Assembly: GCA_020724065.1 (NCBI GenBank)
Contig: DYHQ01000003.1
Coordinates: 1-49,668 of the forward strand
Direction: 5' to 3'
Origin: Candidatus Puniceispirillum sp.
Lineage (GTDB): Bacteria > Electryoneota > RPQS01 > DYHQ01
DNA length: 49,668 nt
This document shows, one piece after another, positions 25,705 through 33,548 of this stretch (position 1 is its first letter; the number at the start of each line of letters is the position of its first letter). The translations under genes and the position numbers were made by a program. Under the pieces are notes generated by a model. The model worked only from the letters and a program-made list of their open reading frames with translations, searched no databases and was not told the origin of the DNA.

Positions 25705-27626
25705 AACGCACGGCTTTCATCGAACGCGCAGTGCTGATCGTCTTCTTGCTGTGCGTTGCTGTTGTGGGAACCTCCAATCTGGCGCAACGACGCGAGCTCG
25801 CCGTCAGCATAGCTCGTGATGAGAAGAATATCATCATTGAAACAGTTTGTCCTGGCAGCCACGCCCAAAAAGCCGGCATCCGAAAAGGAGATGTTGTCCG
25901 TGCGATTCGCGGCCGCACCATTGAGGAAGTGGCCTGTGCGGATTGGGAGGTGCGTCGTGCTCTGCCCAGCGAGACGCTCGCGTTCACTATTCAAAGGGGA
26001 GATTCTCTTTTCAGGGTCGGTTTGAAGGCCGAGCAGCCGATGACTCCTGGATTTCTTTTTCTGAACCAAATGATCGGACTGATCTTCGCGGTATTGGGCA
26101 TCGCGGTGTGGTGGGCGGGAGGTCGGGATCCGACCGTATGGGCATTTCTCAGGTTGAATATTCTTGCGGCTGTGGCCATATTGCTTGACTCGCAGTATAG
26201 CGTCTTCGCGTCGGTTGCACCGCGCACGCTTTATGGTGTTGCATGGCTGGGCGCCTATCTATTTCTTCCCGCGTCATTGGTAGATTTTCTGTTCCGCTTT
26301 CCACGCTTCACCTCGTTCAGGCGCACAGTACGCCTCTTGCTATTCTATGCACCCTTTGCATTCGTTTTGGTCCTCGCGGGCATCTCGTACATTGCTGCGC
26401 AGGTGAGCGGTCAGCTTGGATGGGTTTTGCGGTTCAGCTTTCTTTTCCGCATAGTCTTCGGGACCCTCTTGGTGTTCTATGTGCTGCTGTCTTTGGGCAG
26501 GTTGATTTATGTGGCATGGCGTCCTCTGAATGAATCGGAAAAGAATCAGAATCGTTGGCTGCTGCTCTGCACTGTGGTCGGCATTTCGCCTTTCATCTTT
26601 CTGCATAAACTCCCCACGGTGTTTGGGTGGCCACCCCTGTTGGCCAGCACGGCCGCCATCAGCTTTCTACTTGTTGTCCCGGTCGGTTGGGGCATGGCCG
26701 TCGCCTCCTTTCGCATGCTCAAGGTGGAGTGGACTCTGTCGAGATCAATGGTCTACCTGTTATCCGCGGGAATTGCACTCTATGCTGCGGCAGCGATGCT
26801 GATTCTGAGTTCCCGCGGTCTTCATACGAAGCTGCTCTTCTCTTCCGCTCTGCTATGGGGAATGGCGGGATTGCTTCTTGTGCTCGCGGCTCTGGCATTG
26901 GCAGATCGTCTCAAGGGACTCTTGGATCGGTTCTATTACGGCGATTGGTTTAGCCTTCAGCGGGCCCTGCAGGACCTGAGCGGCAAACTCTCCGGCACAT
27001 TGCTCGAGCGGGACATCGTGCGAATCCTCACAGAGGAATTGCCGGTTCTGCTCAAAATGGACAAGGCCCTGTTGCTCACGGTCTCGTCCGAGCAAATTCA
27101 GATTGCATCAGAGCCCTCGCCCAAGATCGAAGAACTCCGTCGAACGATTTCGACGGAATCGTTTCAACAGGAGTTGCGTCGTCTCTATGGTTCAGGCACG
27201 GGAATGCGTGTGCTGACTTCCGACGATCCCATGGCGGCGCTGGGTCATCAGTTGGCCGTGCCTCTGATCCATGCCGGAGAGCTGAAGGGCTGGCTTCTGC
27301 TCGGGCGGAAATTGTCGCGGGCACCTTATGGTCAGCGCGACTTCCAGTTGCTCGAGACCTTGCCGACGGTGGCGGGGCTGGCGCTCTCGAATGTGGAACT
27401 AAACAGTCGGCTTCTGGCGCAGGAGCGTCGCACGATGGTGGCGACCTTGGCGGGCGGAATCGCCCATGAGATTAACAACGCCCTCTATCCCGTTCTCGGC
27501 CAGGCGCAGCTCATCGAAGTGGCCGCATCAAAGAGCTCCGGAGAGGTGCAGCGGACAAGGTCTCTCAATCCGCTCAGATTATTGGAGACATGTGCGCTCG
27601 AATCAAACGAATCGCGGATAATCTGA
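25701..27626 (+). CDS. Sensor histidine kinase, N-terminal part: TM, PDZ, polytopic membrane domain, GAF and H-box
   Basis: ATGA overlap with the regulator stop. PDZ block IIIETVCPGSHAQKAGIRKGDVVRAIRGRTI. About 8 TM helices. GAF-like block ending AVPLIHAGELKGWLLLGRK. H-box GGIAHEINNAL. The reading frame degenerates after the H-box. Confidence 0.85.
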   Translation: MKRTAFIERAVLIVFLLCVAVVGTSNLAQRRELAVSIARDEKNIIIETVCPGSHAQKAGIRKGDVVRAIRGRTIEEVACADWEVRRALPSETLAFTIQRGDSLFRVGLKAEQPMTPGFLFLNQMIGLIFAVLGIAVWWAGGRDPTVWAFLRLNILAAVAILLDSQYSVFASVAPRTLYGVAWLGAYLFLPASLVDFLFRFPRFTSFRRTVRLLLFYAPFAFVLVLAGISYIAAQVSGQLGWVLRFSFLFRIVFGTLLVFYVLLSLGRLIYVAWRPLNESEKNQNRWLLLCTVVGISPFIFLHKLPTVFGWPPLLASTAAISFLLVVPVGWGMAVASFRMLKVEWTLSRSMVYLLSAGIALYAAAAMLILSSRGLHTKLLFSSALLWGMAGLLLVLAALALADRLKGLLDRFYYGDWFSLQRALQDLSGKLSGTLLERDIVRILTEELPVLLKMDKALLLTVSSEQIQIASEPSPKIEELRRTISTESFQQELRRLYGSGTGMRVLTSDDPMAALGHQLAVPLIHAGELKGWLLLGRKLSRAPYGQRDFQLLETLPTVAGLALSNVELNSRLLAQERRTMVATLAGGIAHEINNALYPVLGQAQLIEVAASKSSGEVQRTRSLNPLRLLETCALESNESRII

Positions 27627-28162
27627 ATCATCTCTCAGAGCCTTTTGCCCTCAAGACGGTCTTGTTCTCTTTGAACGATACGGCGCGAGATGCGCTGAGG
27701 CTATTGGGGGAAACGGCCGGACGCATCAAGCGGTTTGAACGCGACAATCCTCAAGCTCAGTTCCGACTTGTGACGGTGTTCGATAAGCAGCTTCCGCAGA
27801 TTCGAGGCGACCCTGACCAACTGAGCCAAGTTTTCGTCAATCTTATCCTCAATGCCGCGGATGCTATGGAAAGCCGAGCCCACGGAGTCCTGACTGTCGG
27901 GACTCATCTCGCGGATGACCAACGACATGTCGTCGGTTTTGTCGAGGACACCGGCGCGGGCATCCCGCACGAGCTCCACGACAAGATATTCCAGCCTTAT
28001 TTCACGACTAAGCCACGAGACAAAGGCACCGGCCTTGGGCTTGCTATGGTCCGCTCCATTATTGATGCTCACGGTGGCTCCGTACGGTTGAATTCCATAC
28101 CCGGTGTGGGCACGCGCGTCGAGTTTCTTCTCCCAATCCCTCCTTCTTTCTCTTCTCACTAA
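27590..28162 (+). CDS. Histidine kinase C-terminal part (end of DHp helix plus HATPase_c), in the -1 frame relative to 25701-27626
   Basis: N box VFVNLILNAADAM, G1 EDTGAGIP, F box, and G2 GTGLGLAMV. This frame is open from 27476 and reads ...DKVSQSAQIIGDMCARIKRIADNLNHLS upstream of the listed ATG. Confidence 0.8.
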   Translation: MCARIKRIADNLNHLSEPFALKTVLFSLNDTARDALRLLGETAGRIKRFERDNPQAQFRLVTVFDKQLPQIRGDPDQLSQVFVNLILNAADAMESRAHGVLTVGTHLADDQRHVVGFVEDTGAGIPHELHDKIFQPYFTTKPRDKGTGLGLAMVRSIIDAHGGSVRLNSIPGVGTRVEFLLPIPPSFSSH

Positions 28163-28270
28163 GCTCGCTTCACGCTTGTATGCGTGGCCGCACACGGTAT
28201 GCGGTCTGTGTCACACTTGCCATCGGCGACTCTCTCCTCTATTCCTTTGCCCAGTCAGCAGTTGCGGGAC

Positions 28271-28285
28271 TGGCACGCACCTTGA
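28271..28285 (+). promoter_or_regulatory. Candidate sigma-54 (-24/-12) promoter, imperfect -12 element
   Basis: TGGCACGcaccTTGAt. The GG-N10 spacing is correct, but the -12 element is GA rather than GC. It lies 55 nt upstream of an AAGGAG SD and the ATG at 28340, directly downstream of the sigma-54 activator and kinase genes. Confidence 0.3.
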
Positions 28286-28339
28286 TTATGAAGCTCAGCG
28301 AAAAGGCAATCAGCCAGGCTTGAAATCAAGGAGTCCAAC

Positions 28340-29095
28340 ATGGTCCCGACAATCATTCCCCAGCATGCCCAACTGATTCGCTATCTGTTCTTTTTCGCCT
28401 CTGGGCTTATTTCCGCACATTCAATCGTGGTCGGACGCATCCATTCAATTGCTGAATGGCTTGCTTCCTCGGGCTATGCAAGACAAGCTCACAAGCCCGG
28501 ACTTAGACCATGCGTGCGGGTGCTCGTCATTTTCCTTATGGCGCTGCCTTCTCTTGCCTATTCAGCGAACTCCGCATTCGGCGAGGAGCACAAGCCTGCT
28601 CAGGTGACGAGCGGGTGGTTCACGGGAGGAGTTGGCGGGGGAGCGGGGACGAAAAACCTGTCGGGAATCGGCAGCTATGTCGCTCTGAGTTTGGCTTTGA
28701 ATGAGAATCGCTTGCTCTCTTTTCGGAGCAGTGGAGTCACCGAATTCGACATCTTTGGCTCAATCAGTCCAGACGAAAGTTCCACCGACTACGGCGTTCT
28801 ATACGGAATGCGCACATCGGGTCAGCACTTGGGTTACCTGTCCGTGTCTGCAGGCCTTTCACTCGTAAGCAGCGTGAAAAGAGGTCGCTTCCTCTCGTCT
28901 TCGGGAGGCTGGCTCTTCGGAACCAGCTCTTACGAGACCGTTCAGAAATACACGATCGGGATACCCTTTGAAGGGCAAGCGGTATTCAAGCCTTTTGACT
29001 TCATCGGCGTGGGGCTTGTCTGTTTCGGAAACATCAATCCCGAAAGGTCATTCGTCGGCGCAGCATTAGGATTGTACCTGGGTGACTTGAGGTAA
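28340..29095 (+). CDS. Hypothetical exported or membrane protein, possibly a small beta-barrel
   Basis: AAGGAG SD 7 nt upstream. Two N-terminal hydrophobic segments, the second ending LPSLAYSA. The rest is Gly/Ser-rich with alternating hydrophobic residues (GYLSVSAGLSLVS, IGVGLVCFGNI, VGAALGLYLG). No family recognised. Confidence 0.55.
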   Translation: MVPTIIPQHAQLIRYLFFFASGLISAHSIVVGRIHSIAEWLASSGYARQAHKPGLRPCVRVLVIFLMALPSLAYSANSAFGEEHKPAQVTSGWFTGGVGGGAGTKNLSGIGSYVALSLALNENRLLSFRSSGVTEFDIFGSISPDESSTDYGVLYGMRTSGQHLGYLSVSAGLSLVSSVKRGRFLSSSGGWLFGTSSYETVQKYTIGIPFEGQAVFKPFDFIGVGLVCFGNINPERSFVGAALGLYLGDLR

Positions 29096-29183
29096 CAATT
29101 CGATACTTCGTTTTACATTTCCACGCGAGCACGAACTGAAGCGTAATCCCAGCTCCGCAAAGACGAAAATCCTGAGGATTTCT

Positions 29184-30179
29184 ATGGGAAGACAAATGAA
29201 CGCTTCAACAGTTCGGTATGTACCCCACGGCGGTTTCTTGTCTGCCTATTTCGTGACAATGCGGCCTTATCTACTTTTCGTGTCGGGTTCGGCGGGAGCT
29301 GTGGGGTTTTCTTTTGCGCATGGTGCCCCGTGGACAGATGTCCTGCCTGGGTTTATTGTCCTGTTTCTATCCTATGGTTTTGGCCATGCGCTGACGGACT
29401 GTTTCCAGACGGATACGGATGCGATTTCATCTCCTTATCGCCCGCTCGTTCGTGGCCTCATCACGCGGCGGCAGGTCATGGCGACCAGTCTGCTCGGGCT
29501 CGCGCTTTCCGCGGTGGTTCTCACCGGGCTGAATCCGATGCTTCTTCTCTTGGGTGCAATGGCTGTTCTTGGATTGATTGCCTATACACCCTTTAAGCGT
29601 CGCTGGTGGGGCGGGCCGCTCTGGAATTCGTGGATTGTCGCGCTGCTACCCATTATCGGCTGGCTTTCGGACCCACGCAACCGTCTGGCAGATCTGTTCC
29701 AAATGCTCAATCCGATTTCCTTGCCTTTCTGGGCAGGTGTCGCAACGGTGTTTTTCGGTTATGCGAATTTCGTGGTCATGGGCTACTTCAAGGACATTTC
29801 AGCAGATCGCAAGACGGGCTATCAGACACTTCCTGTTGTTTTCGGCTGGCGAACCACTGCCATCTGCAGCGACATTCTCGCGGCGGCTGCCGCTCTGTCT
29901 GCAGGCGTGTCGGTTGCTGCTCGGACGCATGCTCGGATTGTTCCAATGGCCGTTTTGGGATTGGGCCTCTTATTCAGCATCACGGCACAGGTCGGCATTC
30001 ATCGCGTGCGAGATGAGATGCGCGCACACAAATCCATCTCGCATGTAGTGCGAGTCTTCATGCTCTATTCTCTGACCATCATTACCAGTAATGTGCCTTC
30101 GTGGCTTCCGCTTGGCATTCTCTATTATCAGCTTTTTGAGTTCGCGCTCCAGTCGCGGCCGGAAAAATCGCAGGTGTAG
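29184..30179 (+). CDS. UbiA-superfamily prenyltransferase (motifs closest to the ChlG/BchG/DGGGP-synthase branch)
   Basis: GAGGA SD. 8-9 TM helices. First Asp-rich motif LTDCFQTDTDAISSPYRPLVRG. Second motif YFKDISADRKTGYQTLPVVFG. Confidence 0.85.
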   Translation: MGRQMNASTVRYVPHGGFLSAYFVTMRPYLLFVSGSAGAVGFSFAHGAPWTDVLPGFIVLFLSYGFGHALTDCFQTDTDAISSPYRPLVRGLITRRQVMATSLLGLALSAVVLTGLNPMLLLLGAMAVLGLIAYTPFKRRWWGGPLWNSWIVALLPIIGWLSDPRNRLADLFQMLNPISLPFWAGVATVFFGYANFVVMGYFKDISADRKTGYQTLPVVFGWRTTAICSDILAAAAALSAGVSVAARTHARIVPMAVLGLGLLFSITAQVGIHRVRDEMRAHKSISHVVRVFMLYSLTIITSNVPSWLPLGILYYQLFEFALQSRPEKSQV

Positions 30180-30180
30180 C

Positions 30181-31122
30181 ATGCTTATTTTCCTGAATCC
30201 CAAGGCGCGCGCGGGTGCCGGTATGGAACGATGGGAAGCTGCCCGCGAAAAACTTCGGGAGCGAGGGCCGACGGAGTCGTTTGAAATCATCACCGATGCG
30301 GAGAAACTCTCTCAAGGCGTTGTAAGGGAATCCGAATGCGGTGATGGCCGCGTTGCCGCGGTCGGCGGGGATGGGACTGTGAATCGGCTCGTTGATGTAA
30401 TCATGCATCTCTCGCAACCGATGCGCGAGGGACTCATTTTGGGCGCTGTCGGCATCGGATCAAGCAATGATTTTCACAAACCCTATCAGCTTTCAGACTG
30501 CATTGTACCGGGCGTTCCGGCGCGGCTTTGTTGGAGTCCTCCACAATCGCACAATGTGGGTCAGGTAGATTGTCTGGGCGCAGATAAGAAGTGGTATCGT
30601 CAGTACTTCGTGGTGAACAGCAGCCTCGGGGTGCTGGCAGCAGCCAATCAGCTCTTTAACAGGCCTTGCGGTCTCGTGGCTTGGCTGAAACCGCGATGGT
30701 TGAACCTATCCATTTGGTATGCAGGATTGAAAACGCTAATGACCGAACCCGCATTTGAAGCAGTGATTCAAGATTCAACCATGTCATTTCGCGGCGCAAT
30801 TGTCAATTTGAGCATTCTAATCAATCGGCATATCAGCGGAGGATTCACCATAGATATTCCTGTCTCGTCCTCCCCTGCATCGTTTGGAATTGCGATGTGC
30901 GAAAGGATGAGCAAGCTACGCCGCTTGCGCACCCTGGCGGCCATGGCACACGGTCATTTCGTGGGCTTGCCAGGCACACGCACACTGCAAGCCGAAGAAA
31001 TCGCAATTCAAACGAATCGCCCAGTGCCGCTCGAACTGGATGGAGAGGTCTTCATGACGACACAGATTCATGTGGAACTTTTGCACGGAGCAATTCAAGT
31101 ATGTTCACCCGGAAGCCATTGA
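30181..31122 (+). CDS. Diacylglycerol-kinase catalytic-domain lipid kinase (YegS/LCB5-like)
   Basis: ATG 1 nt after the UbiA stop. MLIFLNPKARAG..., the GGDGT motif (VAAVGGDGTVNRLV), and a C-terminal LELDGE block. Confidence 0.85.
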   Translation: MLIFLNPKARAGAGMERWEAAREKLRERGPTESFEIITDAEKLSQGVVRESECGDGRVAAVGGDGTVNRLVDVIMHLSQPMREGLILGAVGIGSSNDFHKPYQLSDCIVPGVPARLCWSPPQSHNVGQVDCLGADKKWYRQYFVVNSSLGVLAAANQLFNRPCGLVAWLKPRWLNLSIWYAGLKTLMTEPAFEAVIQDSTMSFRGAIVNLSILINRHISGGFTIDIPVSSSPASFGIAMCERMSKLRRLRTLAAMAHGHFVGLPGTRTLQAEEIAIQTNRPVPLELDGEVFMTTQIHVELLHGAIQVCSPGSH

Positions 31123-32159
31123 ATGAAGGCTCTATCATAGAGCGATTCACGCGGAGTCAATCACGAGCACCGAATCAAATCAACCAGCTCCATGAGTCCG
31201 ATGCGGAGCTTGTGGACATTGGCGCCGAGTGTGGTGAGCTTCTTGCCATCACTTCGGATTCCATCGCAGAGGAAATCGCCAGCGGACTCTATGATGCTCC
31301 GTGGCTGATGGGATGGATGACGGCTATGGCCAATTTCTCGGATTTGGCGGCGGTCGGTGCGAAGCCTCTCGGCCTTCTGACCGCGGTTACGCTTCCAAAG
31401 GATGTGGATTCGGAGTTCGTAGATGAGCTTGGCGCCGGGATCGCCGCCGCCTGTCAGCACAGCGAGACTTTTGTTCTCGGCGGCGACACGAACTTCGCTG
31501 ATAACCTCGGCCTTACAGCCTCGGCCGTTGGAATGGTGCCGCGCGGCAAACAGATGATGCGTACAGGCTGCTCGATCGGCGACAAGCTATTCCTCAGCGG
31601 CCCGGCGGGAGCGGGAAATGCCTTTGCATTCATGCGTTTGATGGGCGGGCAGTCTGACACATCTTTCTTCCGTCCGGCTGCAAGGATTGCGGAAGGCATC
31701 GAGCTTCGAGAATTCGCAAGTTGCTGCATGGACACAAGCGATGGAGTGCTCGTCACACTGGATACACTGATTCGTCTGAATCGCTGTCGCTTCGTGATTC
31801 GCGAGGAGTGGGAGCAAATCCTATATCCCGAAGCACTCAAATTATGCCAGCGGCTTGAGCTTCCTCCGTGGGCGGCTTTGGCGGGAATTCACGGCGAATA
31901 TGAACTCTGCTTCTGCGTGAAAGCTGAGCGCGAGCGACCTTTCTTGGCTCGTGCGGAGACAGTAGGTTGGCGACCCATTCTCTTGGGCGAAGTGGTCGAG
32001 CGAGCAGGGATCTTTTTTGAGCGCGGGGAGAAGGCGCTGCCTCTAAATTTGGATTCGTACCGTGATTTGTCAAATGGGGTTTCTGCAAATCCAATCGAGT
32101 ACATAAAGGCACTCAGCGATTGTGCTCGAGCCATGGAGACGAGGTGGTATCATGTCTAA
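31101..32159 (+). CDS. AIR-synthase-related (PurM/ThiL/SelD/HypE superfamily) ATP-dependent enzyme, ThiL-like
   Basis: ESDAELVDIG...LAITSDSI, GWMTAMANFSDLAAVGAKP, VLGGDTN and CMDTSDGVLVTL. Overlaps the upstream kinase gene by 22 nt. Confidence 0.8.
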   Translation: MFTRKPLNEGSIIERFTRSQSRAPNQINQLHESDAELVDIGAECGELLAITSDSIAEEIASGLYDAPWLMGWMTAMANFSDLAAVGAKPLGLLTAVTLPKDVDSEFVDELGAGIAAACQHSETFVLGGDTNFADNLGLTASAVGMVPRGKQMMRTGCSIGDKLFLSGPAGAGNAFAFMRLMGGQSDTSFFRPAARIAEGIELREFASCCMDTSDGVLVTLDTLIRLNRCRFVIREEWEQILYPEALKLCQRLELPPWAALAGIHGEYELCFCVKAERERPFLARAETVGWRPILLGEVVERAGIFFERGEKALPLNLDSYRDLSNGVSANPIEYIKALSDCARAMETRWYHV

Positions 32160-32595
32160 CCATTCAATAATGGGTCGCAGGTTATGGCTGCTTGTCTTGC
32201 TTGAACTGGCGGTCGCGGCAGGAATTGTGGCTTATTGGGCATACTTCTTCATAGTTGGAGCGCCGAGGTCTATTTGCGGGCAGCTTGGAGATGGATACCT
32301 TATGTATGAAAGAGCATTTCCCGCTGCGGATGGCCTGCTCTGTCTTGCTCTGATCAACAGCGCCGTTGGGCTTCTGCGGAAACGAGCCTACGGGCCGATT
32401 CTCTCCATCGCGGCGGGCGGGGCGTTGGTCTTTCTTGGAGTTCTGGACGCCACATTCAATCTGACAAATGGAATCTTCTCTTTGGGGATCTGCGAGGGAG
32501 TTGTTAATGCTCTGATGAATCTCGCATGTGTTGCTTGTGGATCGGCGATGCTGCACCTTCCGATTCCGAAGCGGCCGATTAGAGTGGATAAATAG
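32152..32595 (+). CDS. Small four-TM membrane protein, unknown function
   Basis: GAGGTGG SD 4 nt upstream of the ATG at 32152. 8-nt overlap with the upstream gene. Four hydrophobic helices. Confidence 0.65.
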   Translation: MSNHSIMGRRLWLLVLLELAVAAGIVAYWAYFFIVGAPRSICGQLGDGYLMYERAFPAADGLLCLALINSAVGLLRKRAYGPILSIAAGGALVFLGVLDATFNLTNGIFSLGICEGVVNALMNLACVACGSAMLHLPIPKRPIRVDK

Positions 32596-32669
32596 GATTC
32601 AAATTTCGTATATTATCAAAGGGAAGAGTCGCACTCTGACGGTTAGTCAAAGCGATTGGTGGTGCAGTC

Positions 32670-33548
32670 GTGACAGAGCACGAACAGACGACCTGCTTCT
32701 TCGTATCGGATCTGCACGGACGGACACAACGATACCTGAAGCTCTTTGAGGCAATCGCGCGCGAGTGCCCGCGCGTTGTTTTTTTGGGTGGAGATATTTT
32801 GCCTCATGGATTCGCTTCCTTAGTGAGTGGCGATAGAGGTCATCGCAGTTTCATCGAAGATTTTCTGGCAATCGAGTTCGGCAAGTTGCGCAACGCCTTG
32901 GGTCAGGCCTATCCTCGGATTTTGGTCATTCTTGGAAATGACGACGGTCGCTTCGAAGAAAAGGCCATTTTGAATGGGGAGCGACAAGGGTTGTGGGAAT
33001 ATGTTCACAGGGCAAAGACAAACATTGGGAAGTATTCAGTCTATGGATATGCTTGCGTACCTCCCACGCCATTCCGGCTGAAGGATTGGGAACGCTATGA
33101 TGTTTCCCGCTATGTGGATCCCGGTTGCCTCTCACCTGAAGAGGGCTGGCGGACCGTGCCCGTGCCACAGAATGAACAGAAATACTCCACGATTCAGCAA
33201 GACCTTGACGAGCTTGCGCGTGATGTCAATCTGGAACACGCCGTCTTTCTGTTTCACACTCCGCCTCACAAGACGCATCTTGATCGTGCGGCATTAGACA
33301 CGAGACAGATTGATCATGTGCCACTGGATGTACATGTTGGAAGTGTCGCCGTGAGGCGTTTCATTGAATCGCGACAACCGCTGCTCACGCTTCACGGGCA
33401 TGTGCATGAATCGGCGCGGCTAACGGGCTCCTGGCGTGGCCATATTGGCAGAACCGCTATGTTCACCGCGGCTCATGACGGGCCGGAGCTCGCTCTCATT
33501 CGTTTTTCGCTGGAGAATCCAGAGGACGCTACTCGCGAATTGATGTAG
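32670..33548 (+). CDS. Calcineurin-like metallophosphoesterase
   Basis: Motifs FVSDLHG, FLGGDILPHG, ILGNDD, FLFHTPP and LHGHVHE. GTG start. Confidence 0.85.
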   Translation: MTEHEQTTCFFVSDLHGRTQRYLKLFEAIARECPRVVFLGGDILPHGFASLVSGDRGHRSFIEDFLAIEFGKLRNALGQAYPRILVILGNDDGRFEEKAILNGERQGLWEYVHRAKTNIGKYSVYGYACVPPTPFRLKDWERYDVSRYVDPGCLSPEEGWRTVPVPQNEQKYSTIQQDLDELARDVNLEHAVFLFHTPPHKTHLDRAALDTRQIDHVPLDVHVGSVAVRRFIESRQPLLTLHGHVHESARLTGSWRGHIGRTAMFTAAHDGPELALIRFSLENPEDATRELM

